DNA of 64,000 nucleotides. Origin: Marsupella aquatica (Eukaryota; Plantae; Marchantiophyta). The DNA lies in assembly GCA_973895155.1 (NCBI GenBank), contig OZ316893.1, positions 21,064,955-21,128,954 of the forward strand, in the 5' to 3' direction. Below are positions 37,560 to 52,303 of this stretch, one piece after another. Numbering within the stretch: the first letter of the stretch is position 1; each line of letters opens with the position of its first letter. Made by a program: the position numbers and the translations under genes. Below the pieces are notes generated by a model. It worked only from the letters and a program-made list of their open reading frames with translations. It did no database searches and had not been told where the DNA came from.

Positions 37560-37938
37560 AGAGACAAGCTACGTAAGGTACCCAAAGATTAAATTTAAGT
37601 TCGAACCAACAGTACCGTAGAGACAGGAAGGATGGGCAAGTATAACCTCCTGCGTGCTACAAAGCGAAGGCAAAGGACTTCTTTCTCAATCAACCGCGTG
37701 ACATCTACAGTCGTCTGCATATATTGTCACATTTTGAGATGCAATTATCTGGACGCACGGACGCTAGATACGGTCCGGGGAGAGACAAGGTACGGTACCC
37801 AAAGATTAGATTTAAATTCGAACCAACAGTACAGTAGAGAACAGTACCGTGGAGAAGGAAGAAGGATGGGCAAGTATGACCTCCTCCATCCTACAAAGCG
37901 AAGGCAAAGGACTTCTTTCTCAATGAACCGCGTGACAT
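37560..37938. repeat. ~145-bp spaced direct repeat
   Basis: GGTACCCAAAGATTA...AAAGCGAAGGCAAAGGACTTCTTTCTCAAT.AACCGCGTGACAT at ~37560-37704 and ~37780-37938. Confidence 0.85.
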
Positions 37939-38609
37939 TTAGCTCCAGCAGAACGGCCAACTGAAGCTTGAGCTGTTTCATACTTTGCCTGTTTCTGCAT
38001 TACTGCCATGCCACGTCTGTAAGGAACATTGGCTAATCAGTGCCAAAGAACGTGCCTTCCGCAGAGTACCTGGATACTCAGATTATGTACACTTGAAGCT
38101 TTCTAGCACCATCGAATTACTTCTAGACCCCAAGTTGGCAGGTGCCCACTGCGCATCACGAAGGTCTATGATAGAGGCCTCCCAACCACGATCACGGTAT
38201 AGCAATGCGATTCATCACTTGCACTCCGTTGTGGTGTCGTTGGTTGGAGGGGCGTGGGCAGGTGGACCGAGCTGGATCCGATTCCACAACGCAGATTGAC
38301 AGATATGGAGTAAATGCTCGCAGTTATTAGTCCCAGCTGTCTGATTTATTTTCGATTCCTTCAATGACATTCGGGCACGGTTGCATCAATATGAGTCTCA
38401 GGTCTGACATAATTATGCGACGGAATTTCTCTGTGAACGATCGACGACGACCACCAGACTGTAGTTTTGTACAATACTTCTTGTAGAACTTGTGTCAGTG
38501 GGTCTCTTCGGGACTCTCTGTCAATACTTTTGGGAGTTTTACAGTAATGTTCTACCACGGGTATCTTCCTCGTATTCCTGTAGATCTGGTTCATTCTCTG
38601 CTTAATACA

Positions 38610-38935
38610 TATACAGTATCCCGACTACCCACACATATGCACAGGAAAGGTTTTATGCACGCATGCTCCTCATGCAGCCCTTATTAGGAATAATAGTTTA
38701 AATCTCAAAAATCTCCTATTATTATACAGTATCCCGAATACCCATGCATATGCATATACCCATACTGCCCATGCAGCTCTTATTCTAAAGCATAATTAAA
38801 TAACAAAAAATTACATTATTATCTTACAAGTATCCCGAATACCCATGGATAAGACAGGAAAGGTTCTGCACCGAGACTCCCCATGCCCACCCTTATCCCA
38901 CAGCATAGTCCACATATCTAAAAAACTTATTATCT
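38610..38935. repeat. ~100-115-bp degenerate tandem repeat x3
   Basis: AGTATCCCGA(C/A)TACCCA...CCATGC...TTATT recurs at ~38614, ~38728 and ~38829. Confidence 0.7.
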
Positions 38936-39199
38936 ATAACCTGAGAAATTATGAATTAAGGTTCACTTTAGAGAGGAGGTCATGATTAAACTAGACTTTT
39001 TATTGTAAATTATAGTATGGATTTTTAGACTTAATGGCAACGAATTCCGAGCCTTTTCAATTGAATGGCCCCTTTTCACCAACCAGCCTTTAAGTTTTTC
39101 ATAATGTGTAGAAAGTGCAGCGCTTCTGCACCAGTACACTTTGAGAGGGGGTCACCCTTTGTTGTTTCTGCATTCCAGATTCATTGTCTCTCATCATGT

Positions 39200-39620
39200 G
39201 GGAGATAAAAGAAATCAAGGTGAGAAAAGATGTTGAGGAGAAAAAGAAAAGTGAGAAAAGATGTTAGGGTGAAGTAAAGATGTTGAGATGAAATAAAGAT
39301 GTCTGACAGGTGAACAAAAAATGGCAAGATGAGATAAAAGATGTCAAGCTGAGAAAGAGATGGTGGGCGAGATGATATAGAGATAAAATATTGAGCTGAG
39401 AAAAAATGTTGAGGAGAGAAAATGATGTTGAGGACTGCAAAAGAAGTCGAGGGAGAAAAAATATGGAGGGGACAAAAGAAGTCAAGCTGAGAAAAAGATG
39501 CCGAGTTGATTAAAGGATGTCAAGGCAAGAAAACAATGTTGAGGTTAGGAAAAGAGGAGAAAGATCTCAAGGCGAGAAAAAGATGGCAAGATGAGCAAAA
39601 TATGTCAAGGCAAGGCAAGA
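39200..39620 (-). repeat. ~20-bp minisatellite of the Helitron-associated family
   Basis: GAGAAAAAGATGTCAAG/GTTGAG units, same family as 2090-3100 and 27945-28170. Confidence 0.7.
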
Positions 39621-42615
39621 AAATATAGGTATTGCAATGTAATTATTGAGACATGTTATGTGTGATCCTAACCATGTAGTTGTTGGGGTCATGTTCAATA
39701 CTTGTACATTGCGAAAAGATGTCATTGCATAATGGATGTCCATGTCAAAAAATATTGTTACAAAAGTGATACGGTAGATAGGTGATGACAATATAAGCAG
39801 GCACATTCACACAACCCTAGGTGGAGGGTGATATCCCCCCTCTTCCTCATGGCCTCCTCTTCCCCTTTCTCTTGGGCTGCCTCTCCCTTCTTCCCCCCCC
39901 CCCAAATAAAAAACAGTAAGGGTGTCCCTTTTCTCCTCTTTTTCCGTCTTGTTGCCTTATTATTATTTTCTTAATTTTCACATTCCTTTGCTCCAATTTG
40001 TCTCATCCCCTATCTTGTACTTATGCATCATTAATTCCCCTCCCTAGTTTGAACTCTATGTCTCCTCCCCTCATAATGATGTCCCAAGTGCCCAATTCCA
40101 ATCCCAACACATGGCACTGACATAGAGCATATATATGCAATCAATCCTCTCGTAGAAAATCTTTGTGCATATCAAAATACTTTGTCTTGTTTGCTTTGGG
40201 TTAAAGGTATTGTTTTTTGGCTAATGAAAGGTTGGGATAAAAGAGTTTATAAATCCAATGGTCATGAAAAGTTCCCTCCAAAAGTGAGACCAACCCACTC
40301 CTTTTGGTGGGATAGGGTTATGTAAGCTTGTTCTATTGAATTATTTGGAGCCACTAAAAGTTGCATATTGGAATACATAGCGGGATACATAGATGAGATA
40401 ACAAAGATTAAATGGAGGATTTTAATGAAGAGAATTTAATGGTAGTTAAGACAATTTCACTAATCGAAGACAAATAAGAGAATTTAAAATAGTTAAGACA
40501 ATTTCACTGAAGGCAATCCTCCATGCCGGTCTCCTGCAAAATGTTTCCCTTAGCCTGTACCTCTATGTCTATAACATAACATGTAACATGATTCCATATA
40601 GTTTGAGAAAAAATTTATTTTGTCTGTAGTAGTTAAAAAGGTTTTAGAGTCCCTTGGTATTCATTTACTAAGTAGTTATGGTGTTTCTTACCTTTCCTTG
40701 TTACTCCTTCGTTATCCATAGTAGCCAAACTAAGTGTTTCTTGAGTTACCTTGGTAAATGTTATAGAAGTTAAAAAAATTCTTGGGTTTCTTACGTACCT
40801 TGGTAAATGTTAGAGTAGTTGAAGAGTTTCTTTCTACTTGTCATTATTTCAAAAATATATAAATTAAATAGAAAATTAAAACAAATTACCAGAAAACACT
40901 GATATATCAACCACAACTCATATAAAGATTATTTTCTTTCACCCCCAGTATCGTACCCTTCTCTTTATTTATTTGAAATGTGAAATTTTTAGTTTTCAAC
41001 TGTTTTTACACTTATAGGGTCAAACATTTTTCTTTGTCGTGTCACAAACACAAATAGTCAAATTTGGCTATTTTTGCATAACTAATGATTTTTACAAATC
41101 ATATTGATGATGTGACTACAAGTGCATCCAAGAATTTTGAAATGAACTTCTCGTGGGGATATAATAATCTATATATCCCATTGGAGTAAATCCAGCTGCT
41201 AAAAGGTGTGAGAATTGGAATGTGTGATTCAGATGGATTGGTGGGGGCAACCTAGTAATTAAATTAATTTTGGGGACAGCTCACTAATTTTGTGATTAGG
41301 CCCAATATCTATGCACCAAATGGGTTCCCCATGCACGTCCTTACTCTTAAACATAATTTGATTATCAAAATAAAAAGGTTTTTACATAGATTATAAATTA
41401 TGGCCTCAATCTATGGAACAGGTCATGAGAGGTAGACTGGGATGGCGAATACTTTTGGGGCCGGGTAGGGTAGTACAATTGATTAAAAAATAATATGATG
41501 CTCCATTCAAGGTTGGGGTTAAACGGAACAAAGGGGGATTCAAGTGACCAAAGAAATGGTGCTTCACTGCTTCATCACCCTCAAGCCACCACACCAGTAG
41601 AAGCGCCCATGGTAGACTCCTTGCCGGAGCAAACCTCGAGCGAGCATCGAAGGTTAAAGTGGGAAATTAAATGCAATCGTACATGTGAGTTTGCAAGATT
41701 TGTACGTAAAGTTAGGTTGGTACGAAAAGCATGGAAAGTAGTTGTGTGCTTAATTACTGCTGTGGCTCGGTGCACGGTGCAGAATCCACGTAAGAATTCT
41801 CCGTTAGAGACTGAGAGCAACCACGATGGAAAGCACGACGAAACGTCCACAAATTTTAGTACAGTTGCCGGTACCTATGGTTCGATGGAAGCTAGCTCGA
41901 AGGCAGGTAGAACTCGTCCATCAGTAGTGCGCATAGGAATTTGGGCCGGTCAGAAACGCATAGAAAGTTGTTGCTCGTAGTTATTGCTTGCAAGGAAAAA
42001 GCACATAGATCTGGTACACATGTATGTTGATTTGAGTTGACGAATTTGACGTCTGTCTGTACGAGTATCTTGGATTGATGGCACAACAGTTCGTCAGGTC
42101 GGCAGTTCCGCTCGATATCGGTCAACTTGCCATCTCTTGCTGTGAGAACTTTACTAAGCAGTAAAGAGTACTCACGCTTTCTGTTCTGTCCCTTGTCACT
42201 GTGGTAGTCGTCCATGTATTGCATTCAGCAGCTGGAGATGTCTTAAAACCTTTATCCTGGCTGTGCTCTCCCTCTCAAGAAAGTGAGGCTAGCTCATCTG
42301 TGAAATCCAATCAGTCTGTGATGATCGAAAAGTATCAGATTGGGTCTATCATCTGGAGTATTTTTCGGATAGATTTTTGCATCGGTTGTGGTAGTTCTAC
42401 ACATTTTGCTCCTCTTCCTTTTGACGCTTCGATTCCATCAGTAGGTGAGGATTTGTAGCTGAGCAACAAATGGTGGATACTTTTTGCTTGCCTGATACCC
42501 ATGACAAACTCACGTTCTCTATAATTTGTTTATTGTGAGAGAGTAAGCGCGCGCATGTCAGTGCCTCTGGTTTGAGTACATTTGCAATCGAATCAATCTT
42601 GTGGACAGTGAAAGA

Positions 42616-43302
42616 ATGGGAGAGGGCACGACAGCTCCCGTTGTTGATCCGCAATTGAAGGGTGTTGTTAAGAAACCAGCGTCTTTGCTTACTTCTGATG
42701 ATGCAGAGGTGAAGGTTCCAAAGCGATTCTATCGCCGAAAGTCTTGCCAGATCTGCTGTGCAGCCACGACTGCTGCGATACTGATAATAGTGATCGTCAT
42801 TGTCGTGCTGAGCTTCACTGCATTCAAGGCCAAAGACCCTGTGATCAAGGTGACGGGCATGACCCTGGAGAGCTTCTCGGTCAATATGGACACCAAGCTT
42901 ACGAACTTCATGCTGAACGTGTCGTTGCACTTGAACGTCTCTGTGCACAACCCCAACATTGCTAGTTTCAAGTATTCCAACAGTAGCACCTTCCTCTACT
43001 ACCGTGGCCGGGAGGTGGGTAGTGCGCCCGTCCCACCTGGAAATGTTGGCGCTAAGAAGACCGAGAAGTTTGAGACCGACCTGAGCATTCAGGCTTTGCA
43101 GGTCATCATGGACGCGAACCTCACCTCCGATTTGCAGGCGGGAGTCATTCCCATCAGCACGTACTCTTCCATTCGAGGCACTTTGAACGTGATCAATATT
43201 TTCAAGCACCGCGCCATTTCCACGAGTGATTGCTCGACCAATATTCTGGTCGCCAATCAGACTCTTGGAGACTTTAATTGTATTTATAAGATCAAACTGT
43301 GA
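42616..43302 (+). CDS. LEA_2 / NDR1-HIN1-like membrane protein (228 aa, intronless CDS)
   Basis: Basic/Cys patch RRKSCQICC, then a hydrophobic TM segment, FKAKDP, VSVHNPNIASFKY..S..LYYRG..VG.A.VP.G, and C-terminal Cys residues. Confidence 0.92.
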   Translation: MGEGTTAPVVDPQLKGVVKKPASLLTSDDAEVKVPKRFYRRKSCQICCAATTAAILIIVIVIVVLSFTAFKAKDPVIKVTGMTLESFSVNMDTKLTNFMLNVSLHLNVSVHNPNIASFKYSNSSTFLYYRGREVGSAPVPPGNVGAKKTEKFETDLSIQALQVIMDANLTSDLQAGVIPISTYSSIRGTLNVINIFKHRAISTSDCSTNILVANQTLGDFNCIYKIKL

Positions 43303-46300
43303 GCTTGAGTTTCAGAAACCCAAGACAATTTTATCGAACGTTTCGACTTCTATGAGAGACTCCTATGTATATTAAGATTCTTACCATTCTCTTACCCGTG
43401 TTCACCCTGTTGATACAATGGCCAAAAGGGTCATCAATGTCAATGACTCCAAGATTTTGTCGTCCCCGTAGTGTGTCTCCCTGAATAGATCGATGCCGTG
43501 GTGAGAAGTTTGCAAAATCTTGACGTCCCTATATCCCTTATGGGAGTCCAAGCTTTCACAGTGGTTCTGTCTTCATCTGACCTCATATACGTACTCTGCT
43601 GCAAGAGCCTTGATCTGCAAAACGTTGTGCTCCAACGCAAGTGCTCTTACTAGAGAAACTTATTCAGACCGACAGCGGTACGTCACTCTCAACGCTGCTC
43701 AGCGAGATTTCGCTTGGTACACCTGGCTGACCTAATCATAGTGTTTATGACGTGCTGCTCTGATCGGCATACAATTCTCTTGAGGGGAATGTAGTTCTTG
43801 TGTTTACTTACACATCACAGATATGATTTCTAGTATCCACAGCAGAAATTGGTTTCTTTCTGTTCATGGCTGTTAATTATGAAGGTTTATTCTCATGGTT
43901 CTGATGCACTCAATGAGCATCTGCGCACATGAATGAAGGGATTTGTTTTAAATATGTGTGGAACACAGCAGTAAATCGTTTTGCCTGCGACATTGCGGTG
44001 CTTTCGTTGAGGGACAAGCGACCCTGTTTCTTCAAAGAACTGTTAGCAATGTCCAAATAGTGGACATAACAACTACAGTTCCGGAGAAACCGGTTTGACG
44101 GGCATGATCATTGTGCTTGTTTGGGTTGCGAAAGTTTTCGTGAAAATGCCGATGTACGGTAGTGAGGGCAGATGCCCGGGCAGACGGCATGTCAAGAACC
44201 TCTCCAGGCTTGTCAACGAGATGTTTTCTCTTGTCAATGAATGACTCGGGAAAATATTTGGTTTAACTTTGTAATGTCAAAATAACCAGCTGTGTCTACT
44301 ACACTCCATGTTTGTGGTACCAGTACTGTATTACTTGCCCCCCTACCTCAATTGAGGCTTGCCTACACTCACAATGACGTACAACCCGAGGTATTCCAGA
44401 CGGCGCAGAATTTGTTTTTGAAACAGCTCCAGTAGAAGTAGCGTTCTGTTGCAACTCTTGCAATTGAAAGGTAGTCTTTGCATATTTGACCACAAATTCT
44501 CTGCGACCGACGAGTTCCCAAGGTTGGCGAATTTGCCATCAGTAGTAGCCTAATGGTGCAACGCTCACTTGGAGGTGCGAGGTACCTTTAGTTGAGCATG
44601 GATTCTCACTTACTGTAGCGGAGATGTGGAATCCGTTGACAAGTTGCCTGAAATGATGCATTTTTCAGAGGAGACCGTCTGCATTTCACCGCAACCTACA
44701 GCAGGTGAGCAGCAGTTTGGCCAACCGAACAGTATTATGAACTGAGTACTGAGTATATTCAGCTCACTAGCATGGATCTGCGAATACGTTTCTAGGCAGA
44801 CTGAAAGAGTATATGTCGGAAAGTATATGTACGTTTGATATATTTGATGAGTGCCCCCTCGCCTGCACTTTCGCCCCTCGCCTGCACTTTGCCTTTTACG
44901 TAGCAAATATATTGTCACTTAGCAAACTCCCCACACCATACCAGCCATTTTGGTGACGCTTTGACCAACTTGCGATTAAGGCTCAACTTATTCTATAAAC
45001 GTGAATGGAGGCCAGGTGAACAGTAATTGTCTGGTGTTGACTTAAGAGAGGAATTTTTTGCTAGAGGTCATTAGGCCAATTAATGGCGTTCCTAATGGCA
45101 AAACCTAAACGAAATCTTTTCAGGAGTGGTGGCAACAATACAATACAAAACAAGCCATGGCCCAAAGGACTGAGGCGTGACAAGAGTTTTAAATATCTAC
45201 GCAGAATATCGTCGGCCAGTTGATCTGGCATAGAGGATGCTCCAGCTGAATATTTAAGTCTCGACTTAAGTTAGTCATTCCAGGATGGATATTCAATTGT
45301 TCTTCATGCTGATGCTCGGTGAGAGGTAAAATCTCAAGTGTGAGAGTCTTTGCACGGAAACTCTGCTGCGGAAACTGTCGGATCGTTTGAATGACAATTA
45401 TGCACAGCACTCAATAAACAAAGGAAGGGGTTTCCACTAAACACCTGGGACTAAACAAGAGAAATATTCTTCTTCCAGCAAAGTTCAGCGAAGGAACTAA
45501 ATCATCGTACGTAGCTCAGTGCCGGAGTTACTGACATCCAAACCTTCAAGATTTTGGATGTTACCAATTCTATTAACCCAATGCTAAAACTCTCTATAGA
45601 TGGAAATCCTTCAAGCTTGCGTTGCAGTCCGATACTTTGAGGATCGAGGTACTCCAATCCAGCCACCCGGAATCCTGAAGTATGGAGATGAGGATGACGT
45701 CGTCTCAATTTTGACAAATAGGACACATTTTCTTAGTGCCTATGTTCTAGACGGTATCTACCTGGCTAAAAATCGTTGAGAGTACTCGATCGCAAGGTTG
45801 GACGAGGCGAGTGCCATTCTGGAAATGAAGGTTCAGGGTTAATTAAATCTGTTCAAATTTCGCTAACACTGAAGCAAATACATAACGAACCTGTGTTCAA
45901 CATTTCTACGAAATAAGTAAGTGATACTCCACAGGTCGAGTAAGCTTATCAGTTGTGTTATTGAGTAAAAACTACCACATGATCATAATTTCATCAATCG
46001 ACCTCAAGCCTCCACAGGTCAATGACACAGAGATAACCAGATTCTTGTCTGTGAGATATGTAAATCAAAGGAAATTGGGCTCATAAGATTGAAATTTTAT
46101 CTGTACTCGATCCAGTCTTCACTTCTACGACCAGAAAGCTTCTGCCCAGTGACTGTCTATTCTACCAGAGGAGAAAGGACTTCAATCTGTCATTTTGGGT
46201 GAGCCTGGGCAATTGAGCAATCCTAGAGTGTCCACCTTGATCTCGCATTCGCTACCTCTTGCAACAACATTCAACTTTTCTCCAGTCAAACAGTAAATTG

Positions 46301-48152
46301 CAGCCAGAGAATGAGTTGACAACAGCATCAGTAAGTTGCACCACATTCAATATTTTTCTCTTCGTTCATTTCTGTGCTTTTTAAAATAGAATGCCCATTA
46401 GAGGCAGGAAAGGATTTTATTTGTCTTCTACTGGTCTCTTGGTAAAGTTCAAACTTGCATGAAATTTGGGTTTGTTTTCAAATGTGATGAAAGGAGAAAC
46501 ACAATCATAAATCCTAAAAGTGAAAATTCTTTGAAAGATTAAAGTTTATTAACTCCTTATGAAGCCATTATGGGCAATAATAGGCCCTTAAAATTTGGGC
46601 TAATGCTCTTCTTTGGGGCATTATAGCCCACAACCTCTGGAAACAGAGCATCTTTTCAATACACCTAATCTCTGTAACCAATTTTGCAGGTACCTACTAT
46701 TCCCATAATGCCCTGCCCTGAAGTAGCCTTTTCCTGTACGCTGATTACATATGGTAAAATGAAGGTCTAGGTAGAGCCGAGCCTGAACCTGCTGATTACA
46801 TATGGTAATGAAGGTCTGGGTAGGGGCTAGCCTGAACCTTGTTCACATTCTGGTCACAGGCTAGTACCCCAGACCACACCAGCATTATCCTATACATGAA
46901 TACCAGCAAAGAGCATTTCTGCTCCGGCTATGTAAGGAGCGGGCAAGGGTGAGACTGCACAAAACTCACCCCGGCGAGAGCGAGGCAAAATACAAGATGT
47001 CATTTGAGTAAAAAGTAACATTCCATGTAACGTGAGAGTCTATCTGAGGATCTTAATGGTAGTACAAAGGAATGAACAAGCCTCAATCTATTCACAAGAA
47101 TATACTCTTCTCTCTTCAAAGTGCACACTCCATAATGCAAATCCTGGTTTATTGCAACGCAGATTGTTCTCTTCCTCTTTTCCTGACCATCTTGCCCTTT
47201 CTATATGTGCAACGAGGACTCCACTCAAACCACAAATATATAGGCTGTAATGGTATGTATACATTTGAGTGTACCAAAATCAATCCTATGCGGAATTATT
47301 ATGGATAAAGTGTATACAGTTCTGACAGCTGCAATCACAGTCTACCATTCATGACCAGCCTTTTGTCCATTCTACTATTTTTGCCAAAAGTGGGCAAGAC
47401 CTTTTAGTGAGGTGAAATCTACCTAATATTGCCACTACAAGAAATGCCGACAGAGCTATAGACATTGTGAAGGTATCAAGTGCCAAATCATATAAATATT
47501 TAGAAATATTAACTTCCTTTCTGGCAAGTTTAACCTTATTTGGACAATTTCCACTGAACTGTAAGTGCAAAGTCAGAGGCGTGCACTTATCACTTGGATC
47601 TACTGTAGGGACAATTTTTTACCTTTTAGAAGTACAGCACAATTCCTTGAAAACAATGTAAACACTGATAAGGCAATGTTTAACATCAAATTCTCAGAAC
47701 ATTCCTCAAGCACGCATCATGAATTTTTTCCCTAGTTTCGTTAAAAGTAATAAAAATTTATTTCAGGCACTATTTTTTTTAATAATTATCATTTATTTTA
47801 TTTTATTCTATGCGCGAACCTGATCGTCACTAAGGTATAAGTGCAAGGCCTGGGCTTCATCGCAAGAGTGTGCACTTAGACCTCACCTCTCGGAGAATCC
47901 TCCCGTTCTAGGAATGCCCACAAGATATGATTCAGCAACGAGACACTTTAGTTTCATTATCTGTATCCGAATGCAGAAAGGACGGAAGGAAGGCAGGCAG
48001 CAACAGAGTTGCTCTTGCTCGTCACGAGCTGCAAGCAAGAATGCAATAGCTATGGTGGTGGATGTCCTCTCCACCTCGAACCAGATGTCCATTTGATTTG
48101 AACTTTTGGAAGTGGAACGCCATTTCGTTAGTCATTAGCTAAGAGGTCCGCC

Positions 48153-51100
48153 ATGGCAGCCACTGCTGTTACTGCACGAGGGGCACCTTCAAGTGCATTG
48201 TGCCCGGGCAATTTCTGCTCTTCTTCTTCTTCTTCTTCTTCTTCTTCTGCTGCTGTGTCTAGGGCGACCAGTTCAGCGGCGTCAGGGTCGTGCTCGTCAG
48301 CCTTTGGATGCGAGCTTTACCGGCATCGAGCGTTTCTGAATTTGTCGTCCGGGACCGGGGAAGATAGGAGAAGGGGGCAAAGGCGGGGAAGTGCGCCGCG
48401 CAGCCGCACGACGGATGTGCACTTGGAAGGGAAGAGCAAGCGGGAGGTGCAGAGCAAGCTGCGGAAAGGGGGGGTGGAGCAGGAAATAGATTTGAAGGAA
48501 TGGATGGAAGCGCAGGGACTGAAGGAGAGCAAAGTGCAATTGTTAGAAAGAAGGGCCGACGGAAGCCACCAGAAGCCGATACACTACGTGGCCGCTAGTG
48601 AGAATCTTCAGGTCGGCGGGTTGCCTTCAATCACTTCTCGGATGTGAAATGATCCTTAGCATTGTTTATGTCAACATCAGGAATCTCAAATTTTCCAAAA
48701 TTGTTTTAAAATGTATAGAGTTTGGAATCAACTTTTTTTTCTCAACCACTCAGCTGCTGTGGGAGTTTGGATTTTGCTTCAGAGACTGCCTTCGTTTGTC
48801 TGCCTCCAGAGATGAGAAGCCAGAGCTCCCTTAAATTGTAATTCTGACATTTCGGCTGGTCCTGTGTAACGTCCAGCCTGGTGATCTTGCTCTCTCCGTC
48901 CCAATCTCGCTGGTGGTGACTTTGGAAAGGGTTCTGGGAGATGAAACCTTAGGTAATTTTCCAAAATATAAGATTGCGGGTGACACGTTTTTGTGGGTGA
49001 ACACAATTCTGAGATAATTCCCTCGACTTATCGAGGATATTCAAATAGGATTTCTGAGATGCTGATAGGATTTCTGAGATGCAAATAGGATTTCTGAGAT
49101 GCTGATAGATAAAATCGTCTTTCAACTGGACGCGTGGTCAATGGATCGACTTGAATTTATGGACTTCACTTTAATTTCTTGAATTGCTACTGGCAGCTGA
49201 ACTGTTGACCACCAATAAGCTGTCAGAGCTTGCGTGCTTAGCATTATACCTAATGTATGAGAAGAAGCAAGGGAAGGACTCTTTTTGGTACCCCTACATT
49301 CGAGAGCTTGATAGGCAGAGAGGAAGGGGACAGCTTTCTGTGGAGTCGCCGTTATTATGGTCTCCTGAGGAGGTCAACGAGTACTTCCATGGCAGTCCAA
49401 TGAAGGTAAAAATCTGATTCATTCAATAATTACGAAGCAAACCCAGTCCCAGGTTATGATCTGATTTTCCTTCTAAATCATTATCGTGCTTGTCTAAGAG
49501 ATGCCAGTCTGACAGATTTTCCTTGCGATTGTCCTGAATGTATGTGCCGTAGCAAGTGGTGTTGGAGAGGTTGGAAGGAATCAAGCGGGAGTATCAAGAA
49601 TTGGACACGGTTTGGTTCATGGCTGGTTCATTGTTTAAGGTGTGGAACTAAACTTAAAATCTTATCAATATTTGCAATCTTGTGAATCTCTTTGGACTAG
49701 CATTGAGACGAGGGCTTTATTCAATGAACAATGTTGATTACACATAAAAAAATCTTTACAATTGCTGCTATCTATTTTTAATATTGCAGCAATACCCATT
49801 CGATATTCCAACCGAAGCCTTCTCTTTCGAGATATTCAAGCAGGCCTTTGTGGCTGTACAGTCCTGTGTCGTTCATTTACAGGTGATTCCGTACTTCAAT
49901 TATAATCGTGCGTGCTCTTGCGATTGCTAAGCCTTGATTTTCCGTAAGACCATTCTCATCTAATTAACTGCGAAGCTCTTTCTTGTTCTAACAAATGCAT
50001 TTGTTTGTCCAGGGAGTCAGCTTAGCACGTCGTTTTTGTTTGGTACCGCTTGGACCCCCTTTACTAGCGTACAATAGCAACTCTAGAGCGATGTTGAAGG
50101 CAGTGGGAGGCAATGTTCAGCTGGAAGTTGATCGTGCCTACAAAGCTGGAGAACCTCTTCTTGTCTGGTGCGTTTCTTTCACTCACTTGAAACAGAGAGG
50201 GCACAAGGCAGAAGGGTTCCTTTCACAGAAAACAGTGCCTTTGGGAGACTCATGTAGTTATTAATTTATATGACAAACTTGCCGCAGAGGTTCCAAATTC
50301 AGGCATCATTTTTTTCCATTCATTTACATTTATCATTAGATTCTTTTGTTCTTTCAATTTGCTCATCTATAAGAGTCTGGACTGTCTTGTTATCCCAGTA
50401 TTGTCCCATCTGCAATTACTTCAGTGCCCTGAGGGTTCCTACAAGGCACATCAAGGCCCTGTCAATGGATCAAATTCATGAAGTCTTGCTTTCTCGTTAT
50501 CCAGAGAACATTTGAGGAATATTTAATAACATGTGCTTTCAATAGGTGTGGACCACAGCCAAACACAAGATTGCTATTGAACTATGGCTTTGTCGACGAA
50601 GATAATCCTTATGATCGTTTGTCTGTGGAGGTATCATACATTCCACTTCTAATTGTTATTCGAGTGACGCTATTAAAAGACATGGATCGTTTTGAATTTT
50701 CTGAAGAACCTCGGCTATTGCTCATCACCATCTCATGTGTATGAAGGCATCTTTGGAAACAAAGGACCCCCTGTATCAAGAGAAGAGAATTCTCGTGCAA
50801 AAGCGAAAGCTGTCCACGATTCAAACTTTCCAGGTAATCTTCAACTATGGCTTATATTTAGTATGTTGGTGTAGCAAAGCGCTGAAAAATCGAAGAGCGA
50901 ACATTCACAGAAGGTTGTTGTCTAGCTGAAGAGTTTTGAAGGTTTCACATAAATGCACACGGAGAGGGTCATGCGGATGAAGCGCCTAGTTTGAAACTGT
51001 TGGTTTAGGGCGAAATGCGATTCTTCTTCCTCGAAACAGAGTTTTTGGAACCGAATTGACAGAGTAAAACTCAGGGTCTGGTCTTACCAAATGTCTATGT

Positions 51101-52303
51101 GCCTCTTCAGAATATACCTTGCCTAGGTGCTTAGCTTTTTCCTTTATTTCTAGGTGAGGTTCATGTACGCCTGTGTCTTCCAATTTGTTCGTTTACCCTA
51201 GCATAATGGTCTTTTTCGTTTTTGCAGTTCTACAAAGGCAAGGAAAAAGGAGCGGTGCTTGAGATGCTACCATATATCCGTCTAGGACACGTTGCAGATC
51301 CTGCAGATATGGAATGTGTCGGGTTTGCAGAAGGCCCCATATGTCAAGTATGTACAGAACCCATTCACTATAGTTACATGCATTGAACAAGACCAGACAC
51401 TGGATTCTTGTGGTCTAATTCCCAGCTGTATCTGCAATCAACAGAAGAGCCCTTGTAATTGAGAAGCTGGCACGAAAAGGACTTCCCACTCATCAACCTT
51501 AGTTGAGCCACGAATATATGAACAGGCGTCGTTTCATGACTCCGTTAGAATGGCCCTATCAATGTATCCTGAACTGAAGCAGTTGTCAGTTAGTAGGTGT
51601 AATTTAATGTTGCTGGCTACAGGTATTTGTTCTGGACTATGGCATCCTTTGTTCATATTCGAGCGTTGATGCTTGAGAGCTTCCATAGATGGTGGAAAAA
51701 GAACGATGATTTTCCCCTGAGTTTCAAAATCTGTTGTCCCAGTTTTTCTGAGTGACCCTATTTGCAGTACCGGGTTGAAGCTCTACACAAGTTTTGAATT
51801 TTAACGTGCCTTGACTTTTTTACTTCAAGAAAATCCAAAGCCGTTGGTAGCTATGATTTTCTTTCTGCTCTGTTCATCAGTTAATTTGAGCGGGGAAGAT
51901 TTTTGTGCTATGTTTGTCTGCAGTTGAACCCCTGCAATGAGCGGGCTGTTCTGGATCAACTGGCAGGCTATTTCACGAGAAGATTGGCAGGTTACCGAAC
52001 ATCCTTGGTGGAAGACATTGCTGTGGTCAGTATGAACGTTGTTGACTACGTCCAAGTTGTTTTTTGTATAATAGCTCAGACGCTTGTTTGCGTCTTATGT
52101 TCTATGCTGAAGAACACTTGGTGCTTCCTGTGCAGATCCAAGACGAGAAGGCTGACCCGAAGAAATTAGTAGCAACTCAGCTCCTACGAATAGAGAAGGA
52201 GATTTTGAGAAACGCATTATCTGAAGTGAACGAGCTTATTAATGAGTTGCCAGATGGTACTGTAGCTCCTTGCAGTGGATCTTATGTTCCAAAGCTTAAA
52301 TAG
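48153..52303 (+). CDS. SAFE1: Plastid SET-domain / Rubisco-LSMT-family protein, At5g14260 (SAFEGUARD1)-like
   Basis: 11 exons: 48153-48611, 48877-48952, 49197-49405, 49553-49639, 49790-49882, 50013-50167, 50546-50630, 50747-50833, 51228-51347, 51924-52025, 52136-52303. Motifs LVVTLERVLGDET, ELLTTNKLSELACLALYLMYEKKQGK, QYPFDIPTEAF, WCGPQPN.RLLLNYGFVDEDNPYDRL. Ser-rich transit peptide containing (TCT)n. Confidence 0.88.

Noticed and set aside
37167-37585. Possible LINE reverse-transcriptase remnant (ECLQSG...NIALIP)
   Set aside because: The similarity covers only a few residues and no downstream RT motifs follow.
42397-43209. 270-aa minus-strand ORF
   Set aside because: Antisense shadow of the codon-biased LEA_2 CDS, with no recognisable motifs.
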